Origin: a virus
Lineage: Duplodnaviria > Caudoviricetes
Strand: one strand, 5' to 3'
DNA: 37,909 nucleotides
IMG/VR virus record: IMGVR_UViG_3300038315_000155
Coordinates: 1 to 37,909 of that record
Below, one piece after another: positions 26,501 to 35,208 of the stretch. How positions within the stretch are numbered: position 1 is the stretch's first letter; every line of letters begins with the position of its first letter. Under the pieces are notes generated by a model. That model was not told the origin of the DNA. It did not search any database and saw only the letters and a list, made by a program, of their open reading frames with translations. The position numbers and the translations under genes are program-made.

Positions 26501-27897
26501 AGAAAGATGCTTCTGATATTGTAGGGGATGTCCGCTTACGTGGTTCCAGTGATACAGCCAAAGCCTTTCATGCTGTCACTCCTTTTTCTGGAGCAATGAT
26601 GCAAGCTTGGTCTACTATGGGGCGTGCTATGAGTAAGGCTGGACTTGCAAGATCAATGGCCGGAGTAACAGCAGCTATTGGTATTCCCACTATGTTAGAG
26701 GTAACGTATAATAGTTCCTTGGATGGAGAGGAAGTCTTTCCAGACCCTAGTGGTAATGGAAAGTTATGGAACTACCGAGAATATTATTGGAAAGGCTTCA
26801 CAGCCGACCAAAGAAACAACAATCATATTATCTTTGTTCCTGGGAAAGCCCCGTGGGAAGCTGTTCTAATTCCAGTGACACCAGAATTGAGTTTATTCCG
26901 TGGCTTAGTTATTGATGCGATGGAAACCATATTTGGCTTGTCTGAGCATGGAATAGAGGAAGGAAACCACTTGCTAGCTTCGGCTACACGGGTCTTAGAT
27001 ATACCACTTAATCCTTTCTTGGCAGCTATAGCAACAGGCTTAGGGTTAGACGTTCGTGCTGGCTTTCTTCCCGATGATACAGAAGGAAAAGGATTTTCCT
27101 TTTTAGAAGGGAGACAATTATTCACAGGAAGAAGAATTGGCACTTTCGCTCGTGCTAGGTTTGAGGGAAGTGAGCTAGACAAGGACACCATCAATCTCTT
27201 CCAAGACATATTAGGACCGGCAGGGGCAGCTGTTGTAGGCTTCTATGAAGGCTTTAATGCTGGTGACGAGAAGACAAGTCTAGGGACCAGACTATCGTTT
27301 GCTATGGATGAGTTAGGACGAAATGTGAAAAGACAGGTGAGAATCGTTCAGCCCTTTCTTGGCAAAGCTCTAAGGAAAACGATTGACCGTAACATCGCCA
27401 GAGACTTGTTAGGTAAGAAGAGTGCATTACAAGGGGCAGCTAAAAGACTAGAGGCCATTACCTCTGGAGGAACAATTTCAGGAGGCAAGGCTATAAGAGG
27501 CAACACAGGAGACTTTACGGCTGATCCTGTTGCTCAAATGTTGTCGGCTAGTGCTAAGGACTTTCTTAGTAAAGCAGCTCCTTTGGATGGGCCTATTGCT
27601 GACCTGCGGGAGCAGATACGACAAATAGGTACGGCGACTATAGACCCATTCACAGGGGAAACCCTCACAGTAGAACGTCGAGACGATCTTATCGACTCGA
27701 TGAATGTCCGTATCGAAGCTTACATGAGCCAGCAATTAAGTATCTTCAAGAAGTTAGAAGAACTCTTTGCAGAGAATGTGAAGAATCAAGTAGGAGTTGA
27801 CATTTCTGGCTTCGAATTTAATAACTACCAGCCAAGGGCTACCCCGTCACGTTTAGCTTCGCCAGGACTTCGGAGGCCACCCCAAACTTCTCAATAG
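23557..27897 (+). CDS. Large internal virion / DNA ejection protein, 1446 aa
   Basis: Last and largest gene of the structural arm; helical, Gly/Ala-rich hydrophobic patches; GTG start. Confidence 0.7.
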   Translation: MAETVPTASIQTEEELVPTAKIVEERIRPSNPFKQAVAGITDIGTGIPALLGLGGAGIEAGVSTLFNDKGIKQNFAEAMESGWDRSLLDAGLSGRDAVNKFLGIKEAVSTEDQAARLIASLIPIPGLGVIGGASKLARVSRGIGNILTPVVKAGPKGNRFNKGFALRSGAQFAIGTGIDQALRGLSDNPEFPTLFSERAMQGKVVPTKLIDGEGQDDLVGEAGEDTLIGTSIGDIVSTEDISEESPEELVPTVEIEVQKPGPIKALEEANQAVEDQETSNLLRNTALTTAGILTVFLGAKYSAKLAASKALTVSGLSPVEKSSGLANAIDTVTSAATNAPEPGVLPGVKAAKRLRGKFLERAQGLIMDKTKHSEVHLRSVGESEESIKQITGQEIVDPFGVVEQFLKDGKFGQGSAVIVRSLKSIRREYDGLAPEQQQEFLDGLAFLREDAIRTRATAFDALGKDADGQIVGLGEAFERGTINDLELILKEQEALVLAVRGTEKRVTPGLFNIVGDKKFFIADPTIKAGIKAFKANPQFVKMQKDLVKINDAVLEESVRRGATDEIWAKAVRQMFTKDGQLMYLPGKEHVARAAWYKRLATSMGIHSTTGKILRGVSNWHLQGLVEGQGIQSPLDAFQATANYALQVMEHTNRSVQQWNILSRLAGVTFKKNGELVVVPPRHADTLEATRYVGSSSMDDPLNQGGNVHVKFNVDDPKIVERFDVKGKGTFTPQALAEMDDVLWVQRGSAWHGFLVTDRQLKKGLEFDAGLHNRVLQFGNFWKNLFTKFTTGNLSPFGITSFIYNNQISSFNALLRASRGEGATLGSATREAFETWKDSYKGAYEVFAARMAEDYADILARSIQNNTAFYRANPKLVRNLRAILVRKTRRTLVGPIQRETGASASGLGASEFQGDLTNIMDNAIPHATKIYGAGALPQLWRVWNHLNTAFHEGTAMGITMRRSHEAALKSPKASMSNLRRQAKKDASDIVGDVRLRGSSDTAKAFHAVTPFSGAMMQAWSTMGRAMSKAGLARSMAGVTAAIGIPTMLEVTYNSSLDGEEVFPDPSGNGKLWNYREYYWKGFTADQRNNNHIIFVPGKAPWEAVLIPVTPELSLFRGLVIDAMETIFGLSEHGIEEGNHLLASATRVLDIPLNPFLAAIATGLGLDVRAGFLPDDTEGKGFSFLEGRQLFTGRRIGTFARARFEGSELDKDTINLFQDILGPAGAAVVGFYEGFNAGDEKTSLGTRLSFAMDELGRNVKRQVRIVQPFLGKALRKTIDRNIARDLLGKKSALQGAAKRLEAITSGGTISGGKAIRGNTGDFTADPVAQMLSASAKDFLSKAAPLDGPIADLREQIRQIGTATIDPFTGETLTVERRDDLIDSMNVRIEAYMSQQLSIFKKLEELFAENVKNQVGVDISGFEFNNYQPRATPSRLASPGLRRPPQTSQ

Positions 27898-29062
27898 ACT
27901 TAGTAGCTCTATACATCCTACCACGTTTCATCTCAAAGATTTGTACCATGCCGCATTCGTGCATGATGTCTATGAGTATCCTGAATTCTTTCGTGTCCAG
28001 ATGTCGAACCATTCTTCTCTGGACATCACTGTGTCTAATTCCATCTGTCCCAGCTTCCAATAGAATCTCTCGAACTCTACTGATTGCTCCGGTGATTCTG
28101 GCTCGCTGACTGAAATCTCCCCCGAATAAGGTATTTGACTTAGATTTAGACTCAGCGATAAGCTGTATTCCTTTTGAGATGTGTTGTGTCTGAATCTCAA
28201 GTATCCCGTCGTTAATGGCAAGGCATCCGGCTGCTCTAAGGACGTGATCATCTTCTCTAGCCTCAAAGGAAGACATGAAAGAATCTGTGTGAATAGCTCT
28301 TGAGTTATACCAGTTGCGGAATTTCTTAAGTCCACCTGCTGAGATATGTATTCCTCCAACTTCTCTGGCCGCTGCCACAGTTCTTCTGTAATTCTTAGAG
28401 ACTCGTCCTTGTTCATCTTCTCCTCGCTCTTCTGGCCAGGCGATAGCTCTCTTTCTATTGTCGTCAACAACGAAAATAACTCTGGATGTGAACCCCCCTT
28501 CAATAACACTTGGGTTAATCGCTGTAACAAGCCAAGAAGGAGTTGATGCTGAGAGGAATGTGACATAGACATCTTTCTGTATTATCTCCCCACTCTTAAG
28601 CGTTCCAGGTGAACGCCTTTCTGATGGACAATCGTATAGGTCTGTAAGAAGACCCGGCATAGTACTCATGTATCCTTCTCGTCCCAGTATCGTAACCAAT
28701 TCAGATATACAGAAGGCCACTTGTCCCGCTCCGCTATCTCTTGTACTTTCATGCAATAGGAGTTCCAAGCTTTCGGGAGATGTTTTGCCTCCAAGTATTC
28801 TTGTATCACTACCCAAGACTGTTTTAATAGAACTAATAGCAGTACTCTTTCTCGTCGTACCGCTCTCAGCAGCCAGTATAATATACCAATTAAGATACAC
28901 TGGACTATTAGGGCGATCCACATATACGTCACGACCAACTCCTGTTCCTATTGCCCACATTGCACACCAGAAGTCATACGAATGGGCTGTTTCTACATAG
29001 GACATGTACTCCATGTACTGTCCTATGAAACTATCAGGTGGGACTAGCTTCTTGTAGTTCAT
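27839..29062 (-). CDS. DUF3987/YfjI-like P-loop ATPase (probable replicative helicase)
   Basis: AESGTTRKSTA Walker A variant, FCISEL Walker B variant, LLTDLYD, GGFTSRVIFV arginine-finger segment, C-terminal winged-helix-like region. Confidence 0.75.
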   Translation of the reverse strand: MNYKKLVPPDSFIGQYMEYMSYVETAHSYDFWCAMWAIGTGVGRDVYVDRPNSPVYLNWYIILAAESGTTRKSTAISSIKTVLGSDTRILGGKTSPESLELLLHESTRDSGAGQVAFCISELVTILGREGYMSTMPGLLTDLYDCPSERRSPGTLKSGEIIQKDVYVTFLSASTPSWLVTAINPSVIEGGFTSRVIFVVDDNRKRAIAWPEERGEDEQGRVSKNYRRTVAAAREVGGIHISAGGLKKFRNWYNSRAIHTDSFMSSFEAREDDHVLRAAGCLAINDGILEIQTQHISKGIQLIAESKSKSNTLFGGDFSQRARITGAISRVREILLEAGTDGIRHSDVQRRMVRHLDTKEFRILIDIMHECGMVQIFEMKRGRMYRATKSIEKFGVASEVLAKLNVTG

Positions 29063-29565
29063 TAGGAGAACTGGTCAGCCTCGGCGTTACCTCTAGGGCG
29101 CATATATAGCCTGTTACCTTTAATACTAAAGATCACATAGTCTCCTGCTTTAAGCTCTCCATAAAGTGCTCCTAACTCTTGCATCTTAGCTAGGACTTCA
29201 TGCATCTTAAGTCGGGTAGGATCGGTTCTTGGCACTTCAGGTTCCTCGATAACAAAACTTTCTTCGTCGATACTAGGCATAATAGGTGTCCCCTTCTCAG
29301 GATTTTGGGTTACAATACAGAGTCCTCTGTCTCCACAGATACCACGAGCAATTCTTAAGGTAATATCTTCGCCTTGGTAAGCAGTTTCGAGGACTCCCAG
29401 TGATTCCTTATCCACCATCGAGTAAGGAATGTATATGCCTCTATTATTCTTTTGGTGAATAATAAAGGACTTGCCCTTCTTGTGAGGGGCATGGAAGGTG
29501 GCATAGACTTTGTATGTCTCTCCCCTCCAATAGTCTATGTGTTTAAATCTCTTAAGGTTGACCAT
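29062..29565 (-). CDS. Hypothetical protein
   Basis: 167-aa ORF overlapping the PolA end and TAATG-coupled to the helicase. Confidence 0.65.
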   Translation of the reverse strand: MVNLKRFKHIDYWRGETYKVYATFHAPHKKGKSFIIHQKNNRGIYIPYSMVDKESLGVLETAYQGEDITLRIARGICGDRGLCIVTQNPEKGTPIMPSIDEESFVIEEPEVPRTDPTRLKMHEVLAKMQELGALYGELKAGDYVIFSIKGNRLYMRPRGNAEADQFS

Positions 29566-31973
29566 CTGTGTTTTCCTTTCTCATCTGGTACAGATTCTTT
29601 AAAGTCAGTGAAGATAACTATCTGTTGTCCTCGTATTGGTATAGGAGCTTCAGCATGTTTCTTCATGATGGCTTGAACAATCTTCTTATCCTTTGGACGG
29701 TGTATGGCAATAAGAGCATCGTGTATGTTGAGGGAAATCCTAGCATCAGTCGGCCAATCCTCATCCTCGTGACATAGATATATAACCGAGGATACCTTGT
29801 CACCAATAGTACTCTGAGGCTTAAACGCAATGACTGAATCATAGCTCTCCTCCGTAAGTCTCTCTAACCATATCAATCTCCTACCAAGTGGAGAGAATAA
29901 CATCTTGGTGTCTTTTACTTCTTGGATTGTCTTGGCCCACCCATTCTGGATCTCAGGGAAGGCTCTGTGATATGCAGCGTATGCCTCAAAGCCTTGTTGT
30001 ATAGGGATGCCACATTCCTCTGCCAGTCGTGGCGCTTGCATCCTATAGTTAAGACCATGAACACACTTCTTACCAAGGAATCTCTTAGTGGGTTTGAAGT
30101 CATCATCATAGTCTATCTCTGGTATCTCATCATAGTTACACTTAAAGATTCTAGCAGCGTTGCCTCTGTGTACGTCGAAGCCTTCTTCGTTCTCAGCCCG
30201 CTCGAAGTTATCTATTAGTCCTTGGACATTCCATAAGTATGCTACGACTTTAGCTTCAGCTTGCTTCAGGTCAAAGTAACTAAACATATACCCATCATCG
30301 GCTATGAACATAGGATACGCTCTGTGTGGTTGGTTCTGTAGGTTCATCCCACTACCCCACATAGTCATACTAGAACTTAGTCTGCCGGGAGCTTCTTGTA
30401 CTCCGAACTGTTTGTACTCACACCTGATACGGTTATCCTCGTCTGGCCTTTGGGTTGCATAGGTACTGAAGAACTTATGTTCTGTCTTGTACTCGTTAAG
30501 GGTAATGAGGAGTTCCTTTTGCTCAGGAGTGGTCTTAGGATGATCAAGCATTCGCTGACGGTTTTCTTTATTTGTGCTACTTCCTCGTCCGACAAGTCCC
30601 AGATAGGAGAAGAAGAGTTCTGAAAGCTGTTTAGAAGAGAGAGGGTTCGGTGCATATTCTTTATCACCTGTGAGAGATTGGACTTGAGAATGAAATGTTG
30701 TGAGTTTAGCATCTAGTTCCTCTTTCAGTGAGTCCGCTATGCTGTCCTTCAAGGAGATGTCGGCGAGAATACCTCCAACTTGCATTTGTATGAGGTGAGA
30801 CTGGAGTCGTTGTACGTGGTTGAAATAAAACTCTTCGAGATCTTGGGCTTTAAGTTCCTTAAGAATATCCTCGTGACAAGCCCAGGTAATACAACAGTCT
30901 TTGATATTGTAGTGCCAGAATTGGTTGATATCTCCACCTTCACGCCAGGTCTTACCTTCATCCTTGTAATAGGGATGGTCTGTGTATTGGGCTGTGAGGT
31001 AGCCCAAGTTATGTGGCATTCTGGGATACAGAGTGTGATGTGCCAAGAGAGTATCAAAGTACAATGGAAGAACATGAATCCTATCCTTAAACCAAAGCCA
31101 GCCACAGTCAAACGAACCGTTCTGAGCTATGAATTTATTTTCCTCATTATGAAATAGTCCTTGAATTCTATCACGTATCTGTTCTTCTTCGGAAAGACTA
31201 TATCTGTTGGTAGTACTATCTCGGAAATTGATGCAGACTCCGGTATGGGCGTTGTTAGCGAATCCAATGCAAGCTGTTTCATTTCCGATGACTTCAATAT
31301 CAAAGGCAATAGGCTTCTTATCTCGTTCCAGCGATTCGATCCATCCAAGTGCATCGTCAAATGATGGGTTAATTGTTCCGTCAATGTCGTGCCGTCTGAA
31401 AAGTCCATCAAGTACTCTCCTAAGTTTTGCTATGTCGAACTTATACATAGGCTCCATAGACAAGTTACGGAGGATGTGGGCAGGGTTGTTAGAGACTATG
31501 ACCCTAACCACTCTAGCTTTTCTTCCAACTTTACAATCAAATACTGATCCTCTCCACTTGGTAATTCCTGTGTCTCCGGTAAGAGCATGTAATGCGAAGT
31601 TACCAAGGCATAGAATGTATTTAAGTTTGGGTAACTGATCAAGCTCCCAGTCAAGTAACCCTTCCCAATGTTCAATTTCAGTTTTCTTAACAGGACTACG
31701 AGCATCCGTTTTAGAAGAGAGTGATACTTGTCTCTTAACCACATTCGTAACATAGAAGTCCTTCCTTGTCAGATCGAATGGACGCAAGGTATCCCATAAC
31801 AATGTCCCTGCTCCTCCGACCATAGGCATTTTCATCTTAGCTTCATGCTCACCAGGAGCTTCACAGATGATAGCTATCTCACTATCAGTACTGCCAGAGC
31901 TAAGACAATCTACTTCAAGGAGACATGCCTTGGCTCTCTTGGTAAACTCTTGAAGTAATTTAGCTTCATTCAT
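29535..31973 (-). CDS. polA: Family A DNA polymerase with N-terminal uracil-DNA-glycosylase-like domain and 3'-5' exonuclease
   Basis: UDG family-4-like CEAPG..E...PMVG.AG; Exo I FDIE, Exo II QNGSFD, Exo III YNIKD; GRLSS, NLQNQP, motif A DLKQAE, motif B RFLGKKCVHGLNY, motif C NIHDAL. Confidence 0.92.
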   Translation of the reverse strand: MNEAKLLQEFTKRAKACLLEVDCLSSGSTDSEIAIICEAPGEHEAKMKMPMVGGAGTLLWDTLRPFDLTRKDFYVTNVVKRQVSLSSKTDARSPVKKTEIEHWEGLLDWELDQLPKLKYILCLGNFALHALTGDTGITKWRGSVFDCKVGRKARVVRVIVSNNPAHILRNLSMEPMYKFDIAKLRRVLDGLFRRHDIDGTINPSFDDALGWIESLERDKKPIAFDIEVIGNETACIGFANNAHTGVCINFRDSTTNRYSLSEEEQIRDRIQGLFHNEENKFIAQNGSFDCGWLWFKDRIHVLPLYFDTLLAHHTLYPRMPHNLGYLTAQYTDHPYYKDEGKTWREGGDINQFWHYNIKDCCITWACHEDILKELKAQDLEEFYFNHVQRLQSHLIQMQVGGILADISLKDSIADSLKEELDAKLTTFHSQVQSLTGDKEYAPNPLSSKQLSELFFSYLGLVGRGSSTNKENRQRMLDHPKTTPEQKELLITLNEYKTEHKFFSTYATQRPDEDNRIRCEYKQFGVQEAPGRLSSSMTMWGSGMNLQNQPHRAYPMFIADDGYMFSYFDLKQAEAKVVAYLWNVQGLIDNFERAENEEGFDVHRGNAARIFKCNYDEIPEIDYDDDFKPTKRFLGKKCVHGLNYRMQAPRLAEECGIPIQQGFEAYAAYHRAFPEIQNGWAKTIQEVKDTKMLFSPLGRRLIWLERLTEESYDSVIAFKPQSTIGDKVSSVIYLCHEDEDWPTDARISLNIHDALIAIHRPKDKKIVQAIMKKHAEAPIPIRGQQIVIFTDFKESVPDEKGKHRWSTLRDLNT

Positions 31974-32544
31974 CTATTAGTTTCCACTTCTTGAGAACAC
32001 GGACAACTTGTGCCTCTAACAGTTCAAGGTCATGGTCGTTACGTAACCAATCCCATTCAAGTCCTAAATTATGAAAGTCTATATAGCAACGAGAGTCGTT
32101 TTCAAAGTCATGTCCTTCTCTAGAGATAGCAAGGCCAAAGACACGGTTGTATCCATAACGCTTGGCGATTGGGACAATCTCTTCAGTGAATCCAATGTCT
32201 GATATAACAACACGACTAGCGATGATCTGATCTATTCCTTGTACTGCTATGACACCAAAGATATCAGGACCGAAGAACGGTTTCATCACATCTTCCGATA
32301 GCTTAATGAGTATGTCTCTAGGTGTGGTAGGAAACTCTCTCCATATCGGTCTGTCCTTGCTGTCTGTCTCAGTCAAACCATACAGTAACTTACTGTCCAA
32401 GTTAAGTAAAGCCCCAAAAGCTTTCTTCAAAGGACTAGCCATCTTGTATAGCTCGGTGCTTCTCATCTTCTTCTTCATAATGGCTGCGACTGTATCCTTA
32501 CCACAACCAGGAGGACCATTGAGAAGAATAATTGTCTTACTCAT
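31966..32544 (-). CDS. Deoxynucleoside monophosphate kinase
   Basis: NGPPGCGKDT P-loop, ASPLK, TPRDILI, VVISDIGF..E. Confidence 0.85.
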   Translation of the reverse strand: MSKTIILLNGPPGCGKDTVAAIMKKKMRSTELYKMASPLKKAFGALLNLDSKLLYGLTETDSKDRPIWREFPTTPRDILIKLSEDVMKPFFGPDIFGVIAVQGIDQIIASRVVISDIGFTEEIVPIAKRYGYNRVFGLAISREGHDFENDSRCYIDFHNLGLEWDWLRNDHDLELLEAQVVRVLKKWKLIDE

Positions 32545-33815
32545 TTGTCCCCCTTCTTGTAGAGGCTAAGACTAATTGACTTAGCATCTGATATAACAGT
32601 CACATGTTCTCTTGCTCTACTGATAGCTGTGTAGAAGTTCTTACGATTGAGCAAGAAAGACCTAGACCTATTCATTATATAACATATCCTGTCGTACTCA
32701 CTACCCTGTGACTTATGAGTTGTGATTACATAGGCTAAGTCCAAGTCCTTTTGTGGATTCATGTAGTACGTTCCGTGTTTCCCTTCCATCTCAAGAGATA
32801 CAGGGATTGCTATCGTCTTATCTCCCCAGTCAATAACAATGCTGCCATCGTCCATGAACTTTTCAACGATGCCTGTTTCTCCATTGAAGATTTCGAGAGG
32901 ATAGTTATTGACTGTATAGATAACCTTATCACCAATGAAGATACGTTGTTCTTCTACCTTACTCCAAGGGTGGCGATCTACTATGGTGTATGATTGCGTC
33001 CCTGGTTGGAGGAGTTGTTGTATTGCTGAGTTGAGAGCCTCAGACCCAACCCAACCGACCTTAGTAGGGGAGATGAGTTGGTTCTTTGTAGTACCATAAT
33101 CAATTTCGTCAGCAAGGTTATCTTGCATAAAGTCCAAGACAGTTTCTACTGGAATATCAGTGATCTTAAGGACAAAGTCTTCCTTTCGTATAGGCATGGA
33201 GCCTTGTATAATCCTTTGTCCATTGCTGATGATGTTACTGTCAGCAGCTTGACGATGTATCGTTGTAAGCCATATACCATCGAACTTAGCCAGCATCTTT
33301 AAGAAGGAGGAAGGTTCCTTTTGTAAACGTTTGTTAGTTTCAATAGGCTGCAATTGATTGGCATCGCCAAACATACGAATAACACCACCGTTAGGAAGAG
33401 CATCGAGTAGATTACGGTGTACTTCAACACTGACCATAGCGTACTCATCACAGAGGACCACCCTTTGATCAAGTGGGTTGTTTCGGTCGCGTTTTGGGTC
33501 AGTGGATACAAGAGTTTTACCAGTTTTTTCATCTCTTTCTCCTGGGTGAGGGTATTCTAACAAGCGATGGATAGTCATTGCTTGAATACCAGTAGCCTCA
33601 GTAATACGTTTAGCGGCTTTCCCTGTAGGAGCACATAAGACTACATGACACCCTTGTGAGTACAAGGCACGGTAAACGTTCTCTAGGATAGTTGTCTTCC
33701 CAGTACCAGCGGCTCCTGTTACAGCCACTATTCGTTGGCTGAGATCACAGCATTGTTCAATCGCTACCTTTTGTGTTTCGTCCAGTTCTAGGTTTCCGTT
33801 TGGGCTTGCGTCCAT
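32541..33815 (-). CDS. RecD/Dda-like SF1B helicase
   Basis: GAAGTGKTT, APTGKAA, TIHRLL, DEYAM, GDANQL, IHRQ, AYVITTHKSQGSEY, YTAISRA. Start could be 33815, 33824 or 33827. Confidence 0.92.
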   Translation of the reverse strand: MDASPNGNLELDETQKVAIEQCCDLSQRIVAVTGAAGTGKTTILENVYRALYSQGCHVVLCAPTGKAAKRITEATGIQAMTIHRLLEYPHPGERDEKTGKTLVSTDPKRDRNNPLDQRVVLCDEYAMVSVEVHRNLLDALPNGGVIRMFGDANQLQPIETNKRLQKEPSSFLKMLAKFDGIWLTTIHRQAADSNIISNGQRIIQGSMPIRKEDFVLKITDIPVETVLDFMQDNLADEIDYGTTKNQLISPTKVGWVGSEALNSAIQQLLQPGTQSYTIVDRHPWSKVEEQRIFIGDKVIYTVNNYPLEIFNGETGIVEKFMDDGSIVIDWGDKTIAIPVSLEMEGKHGTYYMNPQKDLDLAYVITTHKSQGSEYDRICYIMNRSRSFLLNRKNFYTAISRAREHVTVISDAKSISLSLYKKGDK

Positions 33816-34083
33816 GTTCTTCATCATCTCCTATAGACATACTAGTAGAGTTAGCTTCTCTATGCTCAAGTAACATGGTAGCTACATGAACACTACACCA
33901 TCTACAGAATGTTGCTAGTGATACACCAATGAAGGCGGCTTCTTCTTGTATCATATCATACTCTTTGTTAGTACAACGGACACGTAGATTACCGCCACGT
34001 TTCCCTGTGGAATTGGGACCGAAGCCTTGTGGAATTTCATTTGGAATTGGAATTGATATCTTTATTGGGGGTTCGTAAGACAT
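33757..34083 (-). CDS. Ribbon-helix-helix DNA-binding protein (MobC/CopG-like)
   Basis: LRVRCTNKEYDMIQEEAAFIGVSLATFCR fits a beta-helix-helix RHH pattern. Confidence 0.65.
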   Translation of the reverse strand: MSYEPPIKISIPIPNEIPQGFGPNSTGKRGGNLRVRCTNKEYDMIQEEAAFIGVSLATFCRWCSVHVATMLLEHREANSTSMSIGDDEEHGRKPKRKPRTGRNTKGSD

Positions 34084-34222
34084 TAGGACGCCTCTTGTGT
34101 GAGATAGCTTCTACGTCTTTGCTTCTGTGGCATTCATATGGTAAGTCAAGTTCATGTTCGATACTTAAGCCACAATGGATACAATATCCAGTGACTAAGT
34201 GCCACTTATGTTTGTTAGACAT
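34037..34222 (-). CDS. Small Cys/His-rich protein
   Basis: ATG 34222 after TAAGGT; HKWH....YCIHCG...ECH. Confidence 0.5.
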   Translation of the reverse strand: MSNKHKWHLVTGYCIHCGLSIEHELDLPYECHRSKDVEAISHKRRPNVLRTPNKDINSNSK

Positions 34223-34280
34223 ATCACACTTTACCTTATCCGTCAAGCATTATTTGTGTGTCAAGGGTTATTTTCACATG

Positions 34281-34312
34281 AAAAATCCCCCGGCGAGGGA
34301 CCACCGGGGGAT
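34281..34312 (-). terminator. Rho-independent terminator
   Basis: On the - strand: stem ATCCCCCGG / CCGGGGGAT followed by TTTT, about 50 nt downstream of the stop at 34362. Confidence 0.8.
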
Positions 34313-34361
34313 AATTCTTCTTGCCTACTCTCTGCGTTCCGACTTACGAGAGCTTTCGTAC

Positions 34362-34577
34362 TTAAGCAAGGGCAACACGCTTGTAAAAGCTACCTTCCGG
34401 CAACCCGCCACTGTCAAGAATGTCCAGTAACTCATCGGAGTTCTTATGGACGCTCAAGATATCGACGTTCTCTTTGGTCAGTGAGATAACATTACCTTCG
34501 TTATCCTTGACTTGCATCACAACGTAGACGGGTTTCACGGTACGAGTGATTTTCTTTTTCGCTGTTTCATCAGCCAT
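34362..34577 (-). CDS. Hypothetical protein, 71 aa, apparently with its own promoter and terminator
   Basis: AAGGAG RBS before ATG 34577 (MADETAKKK). Confidence 0.8.
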   Translation of the reverse strand: MADETAKKKITRTVKPVYVVMQVKDNEGNVISLTKENVDILSVHKNSDELLDILDSGGLPEGSFYKRVALA

Positions 34578-34616
34578 TGGCTGCCTCTCCTTCATTGAAT
34601 GTTAGTGACAAGTAGA

Positions 34617-34645
34617 ATACTACTATAGAAAGGGTGGGGCGTCAA
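34617..34645 (-). promoter_or_regulatory. Sigma70-type promoter
   Basis: TTGACG-N17-TAGTAT, about 40 nt upstream of ATG 34577. Confidence 0.65.
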
Positions 34646-34705
34646 CCCTTTATAGTGAAAGACCCCTTCCTCACAGAAAAAGAATTGACGCCCCGATCAC
34701 ACTAC

Positions 34706-35122
34706 CTAAGCAGCGTGAACCCGTTCGATGACAGGGCGAGTGATCCCTTCATATGTATCATGGCCGACTTCAAGAGCCGCTTCCATGCCTACCCACTCAG
34801 TGACATCGATCTTCTTAGCCAAGGTCGCTCCAATAGCTTCGAGAAACCGCTTGGTTCCGAATCGGGCCTGAGGATTATCCTCAAGTCCGATCCTACGGAA
34901 GACAATTGTCAACCCATCATCTGAGCCGTCTTTGTAATCAGCCGGGAATTGATCTGCGCCAATGTGAAAGCTCACCGCAGCGTACATAGTGCCACGCTGG
35001 CTCTCTTTTACTTCGACATCACGAATGACACCTGAGTATTTCCCTGCTGGAAGAGGCTCAGGCTGTTCTTGGTCTTTGAGATCGACACTGAACTCAACGA
35101 TACTTGATAATGCTTCTGTCAT
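34706..35122 (-). CDS. DUF669-like single-stranded DNA-binding protein
   Basis: EPLPAGKY...I..VEVKES..G..Y...F pattern; directly downstream of a Sak4-like ATPase. Confidence 0.7.
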   Translation of the reverse strand: MTEALSSIVEFSVDLKDQEQPEPLPAGKYSGVIRDVEVKESQRGTMYAAVSFHIGADQFPADYKDGSDDGLTIVFRRIGLEDNPQARFGTKRFLEAIGATLAKKIDVTEWVGMEAALEVGHDTYEGITRPVIERVHAA

Positions 35123-35158
35123 GGTACTTCCTTTGTGTGCTGGTTAGTGGAACTGTTG

Positions 35159-35208
35159 ATTATAGTGGTATTCCAGCTACTAGTACAGCCCCATAATCTA
35201 GTAGCTGG
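35159..35208 (-). promoter_or_regulatory. Putative promoter (-10 TATAAT) with an 11-bp inverted repeat overlapping the -35 region
   Basis: TATAAT at 35164-35159; CCAGCTACTAG (35173-35183) / CTAGTAGCTGG (35198-35208). Confidence 0.5.

Noticed and set aside
27970-28572. 200-aa same-strand alternative-frame ORF inside the helicase
   Set aside because: No motif or RBS; typical frame shadow.
29535-32544. Z-DNA or other base-modification system
   Set aside because: No purZ, dATPase, thymidylate-synthase-like or transferase gene recognised in the window; it cannot be excluded outside it.
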